From: an uncultured Rhodobacterales bacterium
Lineage (GTDB): Bacteria > Pseudomonadota > Alphaproteobacteria > Rhodobacterales > Rhodobacteraceae
Direction of reading: 5' to 3'
NCBI GenBank assembly: GCA_964392825.1
Contig: CAYMRW010000001.1
Location: 15,331 to 79,330 of the forward strand
Length of the DNA stretch: 64,000 bases
Shown here piece by piece: positions 51,348 through 59,990 of the stretch (position 1 is the first letter of the stretch; each line of letters starts with the position of its first letter). The position numbers and the translations under genes are program-made. Below the pieces are notes generated by a model, which did no database searches, was not told the origin of the DNA, and saw only the letters and a list, made by a program, of their open reading frames with translations.

Positions 51348-52181
51348 TTGATCATCAGTGAACGCTACGGCTTCGCCTTCGTACACATTCCGAAATGCGC
51401 AGGCACGACGGTACGCGAGCAACTCCAGGATCTCGACGAGACGGAGGGCGCCTTCGCCGCCGTGCGAGAGCATTCCGTGCTCGGGCGGATCGACTACATG
51501 CATCTGCCGCTGCGCGTGCTCGCCGAGCATTTCCCCGACACGTTCAGCACCCTCGATCGGCTTGACGGCTTTGCGGTCACCCGCGATCCGATGAGCCGTT
51601 TCCGGTCATCGGTGGCCGAGTATCTCAAGCGCGTGAAGCGAAGCCGCCTCGCAGAACTCTCGGCGGCCGAACTGCAGGCGGTGATCCGCGACATCATCCG
51701 CCAGCTCGAGGACCGTCCCCGGGTTCTCACCTACGAGATCGCGCACTTCATTCCGCAAAACGACTATATCCGCCTCGACGGCCGCAAAGTCGTCGAACAC
51801 ACCGTCGCGCTCGAGAGGATCGCCGACCTCTTCTCCGAGATCGCGCGCCGCACGGGCCGTCCGATCGATACCAACGCCTGGTCGAACCAGGACTTCGTGC
51901 TTCGCTTCGAAGGGCTCAAGGGGGCGGTCTGGCGCGCCAACGACATCGCCCGTGGCCTCCTGCCCTATCGCAGCTATCAGGGTCTCAAGCGTCTGACCCG
52001 GCCATTCCTCGTCAAGGAACGCGCTTCGCCCGCCGCGGAGCAGGTGTTCGGCGCGCCCGAAATCGTACGATTCGTCGAGAAGTACTACGCGGATGATTTC
52101 CGCCAGCACGCAGCCGATCTCCGCAAGGGTGCGGTCGAACAGGCAACTCCGGTGCTACGCGCGCAGACTGCCGATGGCTGA
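51348..52181 (+). CDS. Sulfotransferase family 2 domain protein
   Basis: FVHIPKCAGTT, RDPMSRFRS, HFIPQ and YYADDF motifs; TTG start with GGAGG upstream. Confidence 0.85.
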   Translation: MIISERYGFAFVHIPKCAGTTVREQLQDLDETEGAFAAVREHSVLGRIDYMHLPLRVLAEHFPDTFSTLDRLDGFAVTRDPMSRFRSSVAEYLKRVKRSRLAELSAAELQAVIRDIIRQLEDRPRVLTYEIAHFIPQNDYIRLDGRKVVEHTVALERIADLFSEIARRTGRPIDTNAWSNQDFVLRFEGLKGAVWRANDIARGLLPYRSYQGLKRLTRPFLVKERASPAAEQVFGAPEIVRFVEKYYADDFRQHAADLRKGAVEQATPVLRAQTADG

Positions 52182-53100
52182 CGCGACACCGCGCGTCCCG
52201 GATATCTTCGTCGTCGGTGCGCCCAAGGCCGCAACCTCGAGCCTGCACCTCTATCTCCGCGCGCATCCCGGCGTCTTCATGTGCTCGCCGAAGGAGCCGC
52301 ATTTTTTCTCGACCGACCTGCCCGGACTCGCCGAGGTCGAAAGCCGGGCAGCGTACGACGCGCTCTTCGCCGCCGCCCCCGCCGGCGCGCTTTGCGGTGA
52401 GGCCTCGGCTTTCTACCTGGCGAGCGAGACGGCGGCGAAGAACATCTTGGCCGCGAACCCCGAGGCGCGCATCGTGCTGTCGATCCGCGAGCCGGTCTCG
52501 GCCTCGATCTCCTGGTACCATCAGCTCCGCGACGGCTTCCGGGAGGACCAGCCGTCCTTCGCCGCCTCCTGGGACCTGCAGGAAGCGCGGGCCCGCGGCG
52601 AGCGGTTGCCCCCTTACTGTCCCGAACGGATGCAGCTGCAGTATCGCGCGATCTACGACTACGCCCCGCAGATCGCCCGCTACTTCGATGCGTTCGGTCG
52701 GGATCGCGTGAAGGTCTTCCGCTTCGAGCGGATCAAGGCCGACCCCGGGGTCGTGGCGGCGGACCTTTTGGCCTTCCTCGGTCTCTCGCCCCTGCCCGAG
52801 GGGGCCGCGCTCGGTCAGACCAACGTCCGCCGGAGGCCGCTGGTCCCGGGCCTGACGCAGTTCCTGGCGGCTCCGCCGCGGCCGCTCCGCCCGTTCGTCG
52901 CGCCCGCCAAGCGCGCTTTGAACGCCCTCGGCCTGAAGCCCAGCGAACTCGTGATGAAGCATTTCTCCCGCCCTGCCGGTCCGGCGGCCGACGTGTCTGT
53001 CACCCCCGAAACCCGCGCCCGCGTCCGCGCCGCCTTTGTCCCCACCGTCGACCGGCTCGAAACGCTTCTCGATGAGGATTTCTCCGCCTGGCGTGCCTGA
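52174..53100 (+). CDS. Sulfotransferase
   Basis: VGAPKAATSSL, KEPHFF, GEASAFYL and REPVSASIS motifs. Confidence 0.9.
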   Translation: MADATPRVPDIFVVGAPKAATSSLHLYLRAHPGVFMCSPKEPHFFSTDLPGLAEVESRAAYDALFAAAPAGALCGEASAFYLASETAAKNILAANPEARIVLSIREPVSASISWYHQLRDGFREDQPSFAASWDLQEARARGERLPPYCPERMQLQYRAIYDYAPQIARYFDAFGRDRVKVFRFERIKADPGVVAADLLAFLGLSPLPEGAALGQTNVRRRPLVPGLTQFLAAPPRPLRPFVAPAKRALNALGLKPSELVMKHFSRPAGPAADVSVTPETRARVRAAFVPTVDRLETLLDEDFSAWRA

Positions 53101-53129
53101 GGAGACCCGGACGGCTGCGGGCAACGGAA

Positions 53130-53157
53130 AGCGCCGGCGACGCAGGCCGCCGGCGCT
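53130..53157. terminator. Hairpin between convergent genes
   Basis: AGCGCCGGCG-N8-CGCCGGCGCT, a 10-bp stem, with a short A-run on the left. Confidence 0.55.
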
Positions 53158-53187
53158 GATCTCCGTCATCAAGGTCGCCGTGCGTCG

Positions 53188-55341
53188 CTAGGACGAACGA
53201 ACGGACGAGGGCTCGACGCAGCCGCGATGCGGCGTCGCGGGCCTGATCTCCCCGAAAATGTCGTCGATCGGTGCGTCGGCCTTCGACGTGGTCAGCTGCC
53301 CCTTCTTGGGAATGGGCATGACGATGCTCGCCTGCGTCCGCCCGTTCTGCTGGAAGGTGTCCAAGGCGGCATATTTCGTGTCGATGATTTCCGCGTCGAG
53401 ACCACGACCGTTGTCGTTGTAGTGGTCGATGAATCGCAGGCCCGGGTAGCGGGGCGCGAAGAGCCGCTGACCGAGGTCGAGCTGCGAGGACAGGTCCGCG
53501 GACTGCTTGTTGTTCGGGCAATGAAAGATGCAGGCGTACTTGCCAAATTTGCCCGAATCCCACTCCACGAAATCCGCGGGCGAATCGCCGCCGTGCCGGT
53601 TGGCCCCAGGGTCGATCCAATTGACCGTCGTGACCCCGCGAAATGTCAGCTGCTCCGGCGTATTCCCGCTTCCGTTGACGGCCGCACCGTAGTTCTTGCC
53701 GTCTATGAGGTTCATTCTTGGGATCACGCAGAGAATATTTGTGACCTCGTTGCCGTAGTCAGCCATGCTCAGGCATCTGGGAACGGCAGCGCTTCCGATG
53801 ATGATGCCCTTGTCCATGATCCCGGTAATGGTCGTCGGGGTATATGTAGGCTCCCTGATCGCTGCCATCGTCGGCGGAGAACCTCCTTCCATGACAAAGC
53901 GGGAAAGGTTCCAGTCGACCGCATCACGCCACGCATCCGGATCGCCGCGACTGGCGGAGTTTCCGGGATTGAAGCGCCACGCGGATTGTGGAGCCGGAAC
54001 GCCGTTGTAATCGTAGGGCGCCGCTCCACCGGACCAGCCCGACCAGGACTGGGACTCGAACACGTCAAACACCCACCAACTACCGAGACGCGGCGTCGTG
54101 ACCCGGATCGGGCCGTGTTCGTTGTAGCGGCCCTCCTTCCTGTTCTTTCCTTGCATTTTCATGGGCGTATCGACGATCGCCACGCCAAGGAAGGCGATCC
54201 GCGGCGTGACCGAGATGAGAATACCGTAATCCCGGAAGTTCTCGATCCTCACGTTCGAGAAGACGAACTCCTTCATGTGCCTGGAATTCGCGTATTTTCC
54301 CTGTGGGTATATCCCGATCTTGTTTATGTCTCTGAGCCAGACGTCGTGAACGGTGTTCATTCCGCCCTCGGAGAAGTTTCCCCAGGACAGACCGTTACTC
54401 GACGTGTCGCCGCTCGGCGACTTCTCCTTGGTCACATCGTAGTCGCCGGCGAGATCGAATTCCGAGAGGCAGACTTCCCCGGCCGTGCCGCCGGCGACGC
54501 TGATGCCCCCACCGCCGCCGAGTATGTCGACCACAGGCTTCGGCTTCTTTCGATCCCCGTAGGATCCGATCGAGATCCTGGCCTTGTTCTTGATCGTAAT
54601 GCCGCCGTCCAGCTTCTGACCGCGCTTTAGCAGAATGCGTCCGGTCGAGCCTATTGCGCTGTAGGCGGCGCCGAAACTGGTGAAGCCCTTCGCCTGGGGG
54701 TACTCCGCCCGAAGGTCCGCGTAGTTTCCGCCCGTGTCCACGCCGACGGTGGTCGTGGCAAAGACCACATCCGGATTGGCGACGGTGACCTTCTGGCTGC
54801 CCCGGGCCAGGTTGCCGTTGCGGTCCTGCACGGTGCAGGTGACCGTGAACTCCTTCGAGGGCGCGCCGCCGAATTCCGCCGCCTTCGGAAAGAAGGTGTG
54901 GCCGGCGCGGTAGGTGTAGGCGATGTTGGAGTTCCGCCAGTCGAGGCTGCGCCCGTTGACCTGGGCGTCGAACCTCTCGGTCGGCGCGGTGAACGGTGCG
55001 CTCTTCGGGTCTCCGAAGTCCCACTTGTAGCGCAGATCGCGCTTGGCATCGCGGACATCGAACCCCTGTGCCGTCGCCTGGAAGATCATGCCGGCAGGGG
55101 CGGTACCGCTGGTCCGGTTTGCCGCGATCGCGACGGTCAGCCCCGGCGTCGGCTCGGGCTCTGGCTCTGGCTCGGGGGGGACGACAGGATCGACCTCGGT
55201 CTCGGGCGTTGGATCGGGCTCGGGCTCGGGGGGTGGCGAAGTCGCCGCATCGAGGGTCGAGAGTTCCTCCTTGGCGCCGGATTGACTGACGGTGACGAGA
55301 TAGGCGGGGGAGGACAGAGTACGAAAGCGAATGCTGGACAT
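53188..55341 (-). CDS. PKD-like plus probable beta-helix carbohydrate-active protein (717 aa), paralog of 30291-32369
   Basis: PE linker, then LRYKWDFGDP, RILLKRGQ, IGSYG, NFRDYGI, EHGPIR and IDDIFGEIR...GCVEP. Confidence 0.7.
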   Translation of the reverse strand: MSSIRFRTLSSPAYLVTVSQSGAKEELSTLDAATSPPPEPEPDPTPETEVDPVVPPEPEPEPEPTPGLTVAIAANRTSGTAPAGMIFQATAQGFDVRDAKRDLRYKWDFGDPKSAPFTAPTERFDAQVNGRSLDWRNSNIAYTYRAGHTFFPKAAEFGGAPSKEFTVTCTVQDRNGNLARGSQKVTVANPDVVFATTTVGVDTGGNYADLRAEYPQAKGFTSFGAAYSAIGSTGRILLKRGQKLDGGITIKNKARISIGSYGDRKKPKPVVDILGGGGGISVAGGTAGEVCLSEFDLAGDYDVTKEKSPSGDTSSNGLSWGNFSEGGMNTVHDVWLRDINKIGIYPQGKYANSRHMKEFVFSNVRIENFRDYGILISVTPRIAFLGVAIVDTPMKMQGKNRKEGRYNEHGPIRVTTPRLGSWWVFDVFESQSWSGWSGGAAPYDYNGVPAPQSAWRFNPGNSASRGDPDAWRDAVDWNLSRFVMEGGSPPTMAAIREPTYTPTTITGIMDKGIIIGSAAVPRCLSMADYGNEVTNILCVIPRMNLIDGKNYGAAVNGSGNTPEQLTFRGVTTVNWIDPGANRHGGDSPADFVEWDSGKFGKYACIFHCPNNKQSADLSSQLDLGQRLFAPRYPGLRFIDHYNDNGRGLDAEIIDTKYAALDTFQQNGRTQASIVMPIPKKGQLTTSKADAPIDDIFGEIRPATPHRGCVEPSSVRSS

Positions 55342-55427
55342 TTGGATTTCCGGGATCTGTGGCGCGGGAATGAGTGCGGCCGCGGTCGAGACCCGTGCGG
55401 GGATCCGCGACGCGGCGCATCGGGGGT

Positions 55428-57293
55428 TCAGGCGGGGGGGGCGGCCTTGTGTGGGTGGTCGGCGGGGAGCTCGCCCGCCAGACCCCACTTATGCGCGAGG
55501 TACCCCTCCGCGCGGGCGCGGTCCGCCTCGCTGAGGGGGCCGACGACGAGAAGGATCTCGGCCTGTTCCGAAGTGGGAGAATCGTCGCTTCCAAGTTCGA
55601 GCACCGCATCGGCCGCCAAGACGACGGCATTTCCCGATCGCGAGGTGCTGGTCGGGGCGAGCTTCCGCCCGTTGCGCCACACTTCGGCGTCGCCGTGCGT
55701 ACCTTTTTCCCGGTAGACCGCAGCCTCGATCGCCGGCCCCGCGGGAGAATGGTTCCAGTACCTGTTTCCGTTGCCGAACCACATGACGGAATAGCCCGTC
55801 TGGAACTTGAGATACTCGCCGCCGCTCGCGTTCGTGGCGCCAAAGGTCACGCACTTCCTCCAGGCGTCCTTCTGGTGCGCCTGGGTCACCGCGATGACGG
55901 CAAGCCCCGGCATTCCGGGGAGGCCGGGCTGCGGTGCGCTCTGGGTTCTTAGCGTCCCCTGCTCGGGAAAGCGCAGCACGGGTTTGCCGTTCAGGTCCCC
56001 GGTGAGGGCAGGAGCGGGCTTGCCGCTCACGGGACGGGCGTGGCGGTCGCTGCCCGATTTGTCGGACAGTTCGACGACGCTGCCGCCCGAAAGCTTTGCG
56101 CTGCCTGCGTCCGACGCATCGAACCACGCGGCGAGGCCCGGAAGATCCTTGGGCGTCCAGCTGGTAGCGGGCGTCGTTTCGGGTATCCGGACAGCTTCGC
56201 TCGCCGTTTCGACGTCTGCCGCCGCCGTCTCCACGACGCTGAGGGCGCAGCCCGCATCGGAGGCGCCGTCCACGACGTAGGACGCCCCAGTTGCGCCCGA
56301 GATCGGCGTCGCGTCGCGCATCCACTGACGCGCCACGTCGAACGAGGTGGTGGTCTCGTCGATGGCCCAGAGACCCGGCAATGCCTCAAGCGTCGCCCCG
56401 GCCCGGGGCGATCCCGAGATCTGCGGCGGCACCAGGTTCACCGGCCCGTCGGCGAGGTCGGCGGTCCGAACGGTGTAGTCGCCCGCATATTCAGCAGGCG
56501 CGGCAACGGTGATCGTCAGTTCTCCAGGCGCCGTGTTGACGACGAATTCGCCCTCCAGCTCGCCCTTGGCGATCGAGAGACGCAGGATGTCGACGACGAC
56601 CCGGCCCTCGCTGGTGTTCCCCGCAGGATCGGCGGCTGTGTAACGGATCGCGGCGGTGCCGGTGACGCCGGCCGGTGCGGTATAGGCGAGCTTGCCGTCT
56701 GGCGTGACGGCGACGCTGCCGTTGTCGACGGTGGCCGCCGTGATCGCCAGCGCTTTGCCCTCGGGGTCGGTGTCGTTGGCGAGCACGTCGATCGCCACCG
56801 TGCCGCCCGCAACCATGGTGACCGCGTCGTCGCCGATGATCGGCGCGAGGTCGGGGGCCGCATAGGACGTGACCGTGATCGTCGCCTGACCCTGGCTCAG
56901 GCTCTCGGCTTCGTCGGCGACCACGTAGTCGATCGTGGCGGTGCCAGTGAACTCTTTGGGCGCGCTGTAGACCAGCAGGCTGTCGGGGGCGATCGTGACC
57001 CTGCCAATGTCGGCCGAGGCCTCGACGACGCTGAGCGGTCCACCTTCGGGGTCCTCGTCGTTGGCCAGCACGTCGATCGTCACCGAACCGCCGGCCATCA
57101 CCTCGCCGGCATCGGGCGCCGCAACAGGTGGCCGGTCGGCTGAAACCGCATCGATGACGATCCGGGCCTCGATGCTGCAGGTGATCGTGTCGCCGATGAA
57201 CTCGGCCGGAAGCGTGTAGCTGAGCGTGCCGTCGGCGTTGACGGCGACCTTGCCCTGGTCCGCCGTCACCGCGGTGATCAGGAACTGGCTCAT
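55428..57293 (-). CDS. Fibre-like protein with Big_9 Ig repeats, Ig-like domain and LamG-like C-domain (621 aa), paralog of 28663-30168
   Basis: IDVLAND.DPEG twice; ADLADGPVNLVPPQISG; WTPKDLPGLAAWFDASD; QTGYSVMWFGNGNRYW; EGYLAHKWGL. Confidence 0.8.
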   Translation of the reverse strand: MSQFLITAVTADQGKVAVNADGTLSYTLPAEFIGDTITCSIEARIVIDAVSADRPPVAAPDAGEVMAGGSVTIDVLANDEDPEGGPLSVVEASADIGRVTIAPDSLLVYSAPKEFTGTATIDYVVADEAESLSQGQATITVTSYAAPDLAPIIGDDAVTMVAGGTVAIDVLANDTDPEGKALAITAATVDNGSVAVTPDGKLAYTAPAGVTGTAAIRYTAADPAGNTSEGRVVVDILRLSIAKGELEGEFVVNTAPGELTITVAAPAEYAGDYTVRTADLADGPVNLVPPQISGSPRAGATLEALPGLWAIDETTTSFDVARQWMRDATPISGATGASYVVDGASDAGCALSVVETAAADVETASEAVRIPETTPATSWTPKDLPGLAAWFDASDAGSAKLSGGSVVELSDKSGSDRHARPVSGKPAPALTGDLNGKPVLRFPEQGTLRTQSAPQPGLPGMPGLAVIAVTQAHQKDAWRKCVTFGATNASGGEYLKFQTGYSVMWFGNGNRYWNHSPAGPAIEAAVYREKGTHGDAEVWRNGRKLAPTSTSRSGNAVVLAADAVLELGSDDSPTSEQAEILLVVGPLSEADRARAEGYLAHKWGLAGELPADHPHKAAPPA

Positions 57294-57514
57294 CGCGCCG
57301 CCTTCCGAACCGCCGGCACGGTCTCTGGTGTCTCAAATACGAGCTGCATGGGATATCTCCAAAGGGAAGCGACGACAGCGACGCCGGTGACGGTTCGCTG
57401 TCAGACTGCCCTTCAAGGATTCACCGGACACACGCCCTGTTGCGTGCCACAATGATGGGCACGCCGAAAATTCGTATACCCGAACAGGGGGTTAAGGCGC
57501 CGCGCGCTGCGCCC

Positions 57515-58249
57515 TCAGAGCTTCAGCCTCTTGAAGATCCGTTCCGGAATGGCGCGGATCACGCTCATGAGCGGCCACCAGACGAGGCGGACGTAGATCA
57601 CGTCACGGTGGCGCGCGACGGCGCGATGCACCGCCTCGGCGACCTCTTCGGGGCTGGCGACTAGCGCCCCCGGCAGGTCCATCCCCTCGGTCATCCGAGT
57701 GGCGACGAAGCCCGGCTTCACCGTGACCACGTGCACGCCCTGTTTCGCCAGGCGGTTGCGAAGCCCCGAGAGGAACGCCGTGAACCCGGCCTTCGCGGAG
57801 CCATAGACGTAGTTCGTCGCCCGCCCGCGGTCCCCCGCGACCGAGGAGACGCCGACCAGGGCGCCGTTTCCCCGCGCCGCCATGCGCTCGGCGAACAGCC
57901 CCAGGATCAGCGCCGGCCCCTCGTAGTTCGTGCGCATCACAAGCGCCGCCGCCTGGGGGTTCCGTTCGCTTTCGCCTTGATCGCCCATCGTGCCCACGAC
58001 GCAGACGACGATGCCGGGGAGTTCCCCCAGCCCATCGACGAAACCCGCCATCGCAACGGTGTCGAGCACGTCGAACTCGGTGGCCCGTACATAGACACCA
58101 TGGCGCAGCGCGATGTCGGCGCGGTCCTCCTCGAGCGAACCGCTATCGCGCGCCGCCAGTGTCACCGGGTGACCGGCGGCAGCGAAGCGGTGGGCAATGG
58201 CGCGCCCGATGTCTGAGCGTCCGCCGAGGATCAGCACGGTGGAAGTCAT
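57515..58249 (-). CDS. Short-chain dehydrogenase, DprE2-like
   Basis: LGGRSDIG, SSVAGDRGR..NYVYGSAKAG and VKPGFV motifs; coupled to the DprE1-like gene. Confidence 0.85.
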   Translation of the reverse strand: MTSTVLILGGRSDIGRAIAHRFAAAGHPVTLAARDSGSLEEDRADIALRHGVYVRATEFDVLDTVAMAGFVDGLGELPGIVVCVVGTMGDQGESERNPQAAALVMRTNYEGPALILGLFAERMAARGNGALVGVSSVAGDRGRATNYVYGSAKAGFTAFLSGLRNRLAKQGVHVVTVKPGFVATRMTEGMDLPGALVASPEEVAEAVHRAVARHRDVIYVRLVWWPLMSVIRAIPERIFKRLKL

Positions 58250-59571
58250 AGGAGCAGCCTTTCGGATTGCGCCGACGCGAAATCACGATCGAGCCCGGCG
58301 GCGGCGCGCATGGCGCGGAACGCTCCCGCCCGCGCATCCGCCCGGTGCAGCGTGGCGGCCGCGAGCCGCGCGTCCTTGGCGAGGTAGAACCGCCCGCCGT
58401 GATCGACGGTGATCGCGTCGAGCCGGTCGAGCAGTGCCAACGTCCTGGCGTTGGCCGGAAAGTCGAGCGCCAGCGTGTAGCCCGCCATCGGGAACGAGAA
58501 CCGGCTGTCCTGGCGCCCGAGGCGTTTCAGGACGGCGAGGAACGACCCCTGCCCCGAGGCCGACGTCGCCCCGAGCAGTGCGCGCAGCCCCGGCTCGGCG
58601 CTCTCCTCGGGCAGCGCGCACTGGAACTGCACGAAGCCGCGGCGCCCGTAGATCCGGTTCCAGCCGAGCACCGCATCGAGCGGGTAAAAGTAGCTGTCCC
58701 AGTCGACGAGCCGTTGGCGCGGCGCGCCAAGACCCCGCGCCCAGTAGAGCCCGTTGAAGGCGCGCACGGTCAGACGGTTCAGCGCGGCCGCCGGCGCGTC
58801 GAACGGCACGACGCGCTGGCGCTTCCTTGGCGTCTGAAACGGATGACGGCGGGGGTCCGGCGGCAGGTCCCCGGCGCGGACATGCTCGCCCGTCATCACC
58901 AGCGACCGACCGAGGCTGTCGCCGCCCGAGAGGCAGTCGATCCAGGCGACCGAATAGGTGGCGTCGTCGGCCCCCTCGAACGCCGCCATCGCATCCGCGA
59001 GGTTCGTGGCCGGAATGGTTTCCTGCCCGATCCAGGCGCTTTCGACGGGGCGCAGGCGGATGGCGGCGCGCAGGATCACACCGGTCAGGCCCATGCCGCC
59101 CAGCGTCCACTCGAAGATCTCCGAGCCGGGCTCGGCGCGCACCACCCCCCCGTCCGCACCCATGAGGTCGATCCAGTCGACGAAGGTGCCGAACGAGCCG
59201 TCGCGGTGGTGGTTCTTGCCGTGGACATCGGCCGCGATGGCGCCGCCCAGCGTGACGAACTTCGTCCCCGGCGTGACGAAGGGGAACCAGCCGCGCGGCA
59301 GGAAAGCCGCGATCACGTCGCCGAGGATCACGCCGGCCTCGGCGACCAGCCGTCCGGTCGCCGCGTCGAACGACAGCATCCGGTTCAGCCGCCTCAGATC
59401 GAGCGTCGCCGCAGCCCCCATGGCGCTGTCCCCGTAGGCCCGCCCCGCACCGCGGGCGACGACGCCGCCCTGGCCGACGAGGCGCGCGACCTCGGCCACG
59501 TCCCGCGGCGCGGCGACCGGTCCCGGGCGCCGCGGATAGCGCCCCCAACCTGTGAGTTCGACGGTCCGCAT
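58246..59571 (-). CDS. FAD-linked oxidase, DprE1-like (polyprenylphosphoryl-ribose 2'-oxidase)
   Basis: GWGR, RGAGRAYGD, PGTKFVTLGGAIAADVHGKNHH, YSVAWID, YPLD, FLAVLK and GGRFYLAKD motifs. Confidence 0.88.
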   Translation of the reverse strand: MRTVELTGWGRYPRRPGPVAAPRDVAEVARLVGQGGVVARGAGRAYGDSAMGAAATLDLRRLNRMLSFDAATGRLVAEAGVILGDVIAAFLPRGWFPFVTPGTKFVTLGGAIAADVHGKNHHRDGSFGTFVDWIDLMGADGGVVRAEPGSEIFEWTLGGMGLTGVILRAAIRLRPVESAWIGQETIPATNLADAMAAFEGADDATYSVAWIDCLSGGDSLGRSLVMTGEHVRAGDLPPDPRRHPFQTPRKRQRVVPFDAPAAALNRLTVRAFNGLYWARGLGAPRQRLVDWDSYFYPLDAVLGWNRIYGRRGFVQFQCALPEESAEPGLRALLGATSASGQGSFLAVLKRLGRQDSRFSFPMAGYTLALDFPANARTLALLDRLDAITVDHGGRFYLAKDARLAAATLHRADARAGAFRAMRAAAGLDRDFASAQSERLLL

Positions 59572-59990
59572 CACGCCGGCTCGAGCACCCGGTCGGTGAA
59601 GACGAACCGGCGGTCCAGCCGGTACTTGATCACGTAGCCTACGGCCAGTCCGATCACGGCGCCCGCCTCGCGCATCAGGTCGGTTCCCCAAATCAGCCAG
59701 AAGGCGGTCTCGGTACTCCAGAAGATCGCCGTCGTGACCACGCCCATGAGTGTGTAGAGGGTGAACTTTCGCCCATGCGCCGCCACCCCGGTGGAGCGGT
59801 CGTCGAAGATCCACCGCTTGTCGAGCGCGTATTTCAGCACGAGCCCCGCGAGGGTCCCGAGAAACACCGCGGCGGCAAACCCTGCCGCGCCATCGTCCAC
59901 CGCCAGAACCAGCCGCTGGGTGGCGAGGTTGGCGACGGTCGCCGCGACCGCAAAGGCCGCATAGCGCGTGACCAGCCCGGCGCGCGTCAA
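59571..59990 (-). CDS. GtrA family lipid-sugar flippase
   Basis: About 139 aa with 4 TM segments and twin KY.LD.R..F motifs; TTGA overlap with the UbiA-family gene. Confidence 0.85.
   Translation of the reverse strand: MTRAGLVTRYAAFAVAATVANLATQRLVLAVDDGAAGFAAAVFLGTLAGLVLKYALDKRWIFDDRSTGVAAHGRKFTLYTLMGVVTTAIFWSTETAFWLIWGTDLMREAGAVIGLAVGYVIKYRLDRRFVFTDRVLEPA

Noticed and set aside
1427-57293. Prophage interpretation of the spike/fibre-like genes
   Set aside because: No integrase, terminase, portal, capsid, tail or lysis genes; the genes are dispersed among glycan genes.
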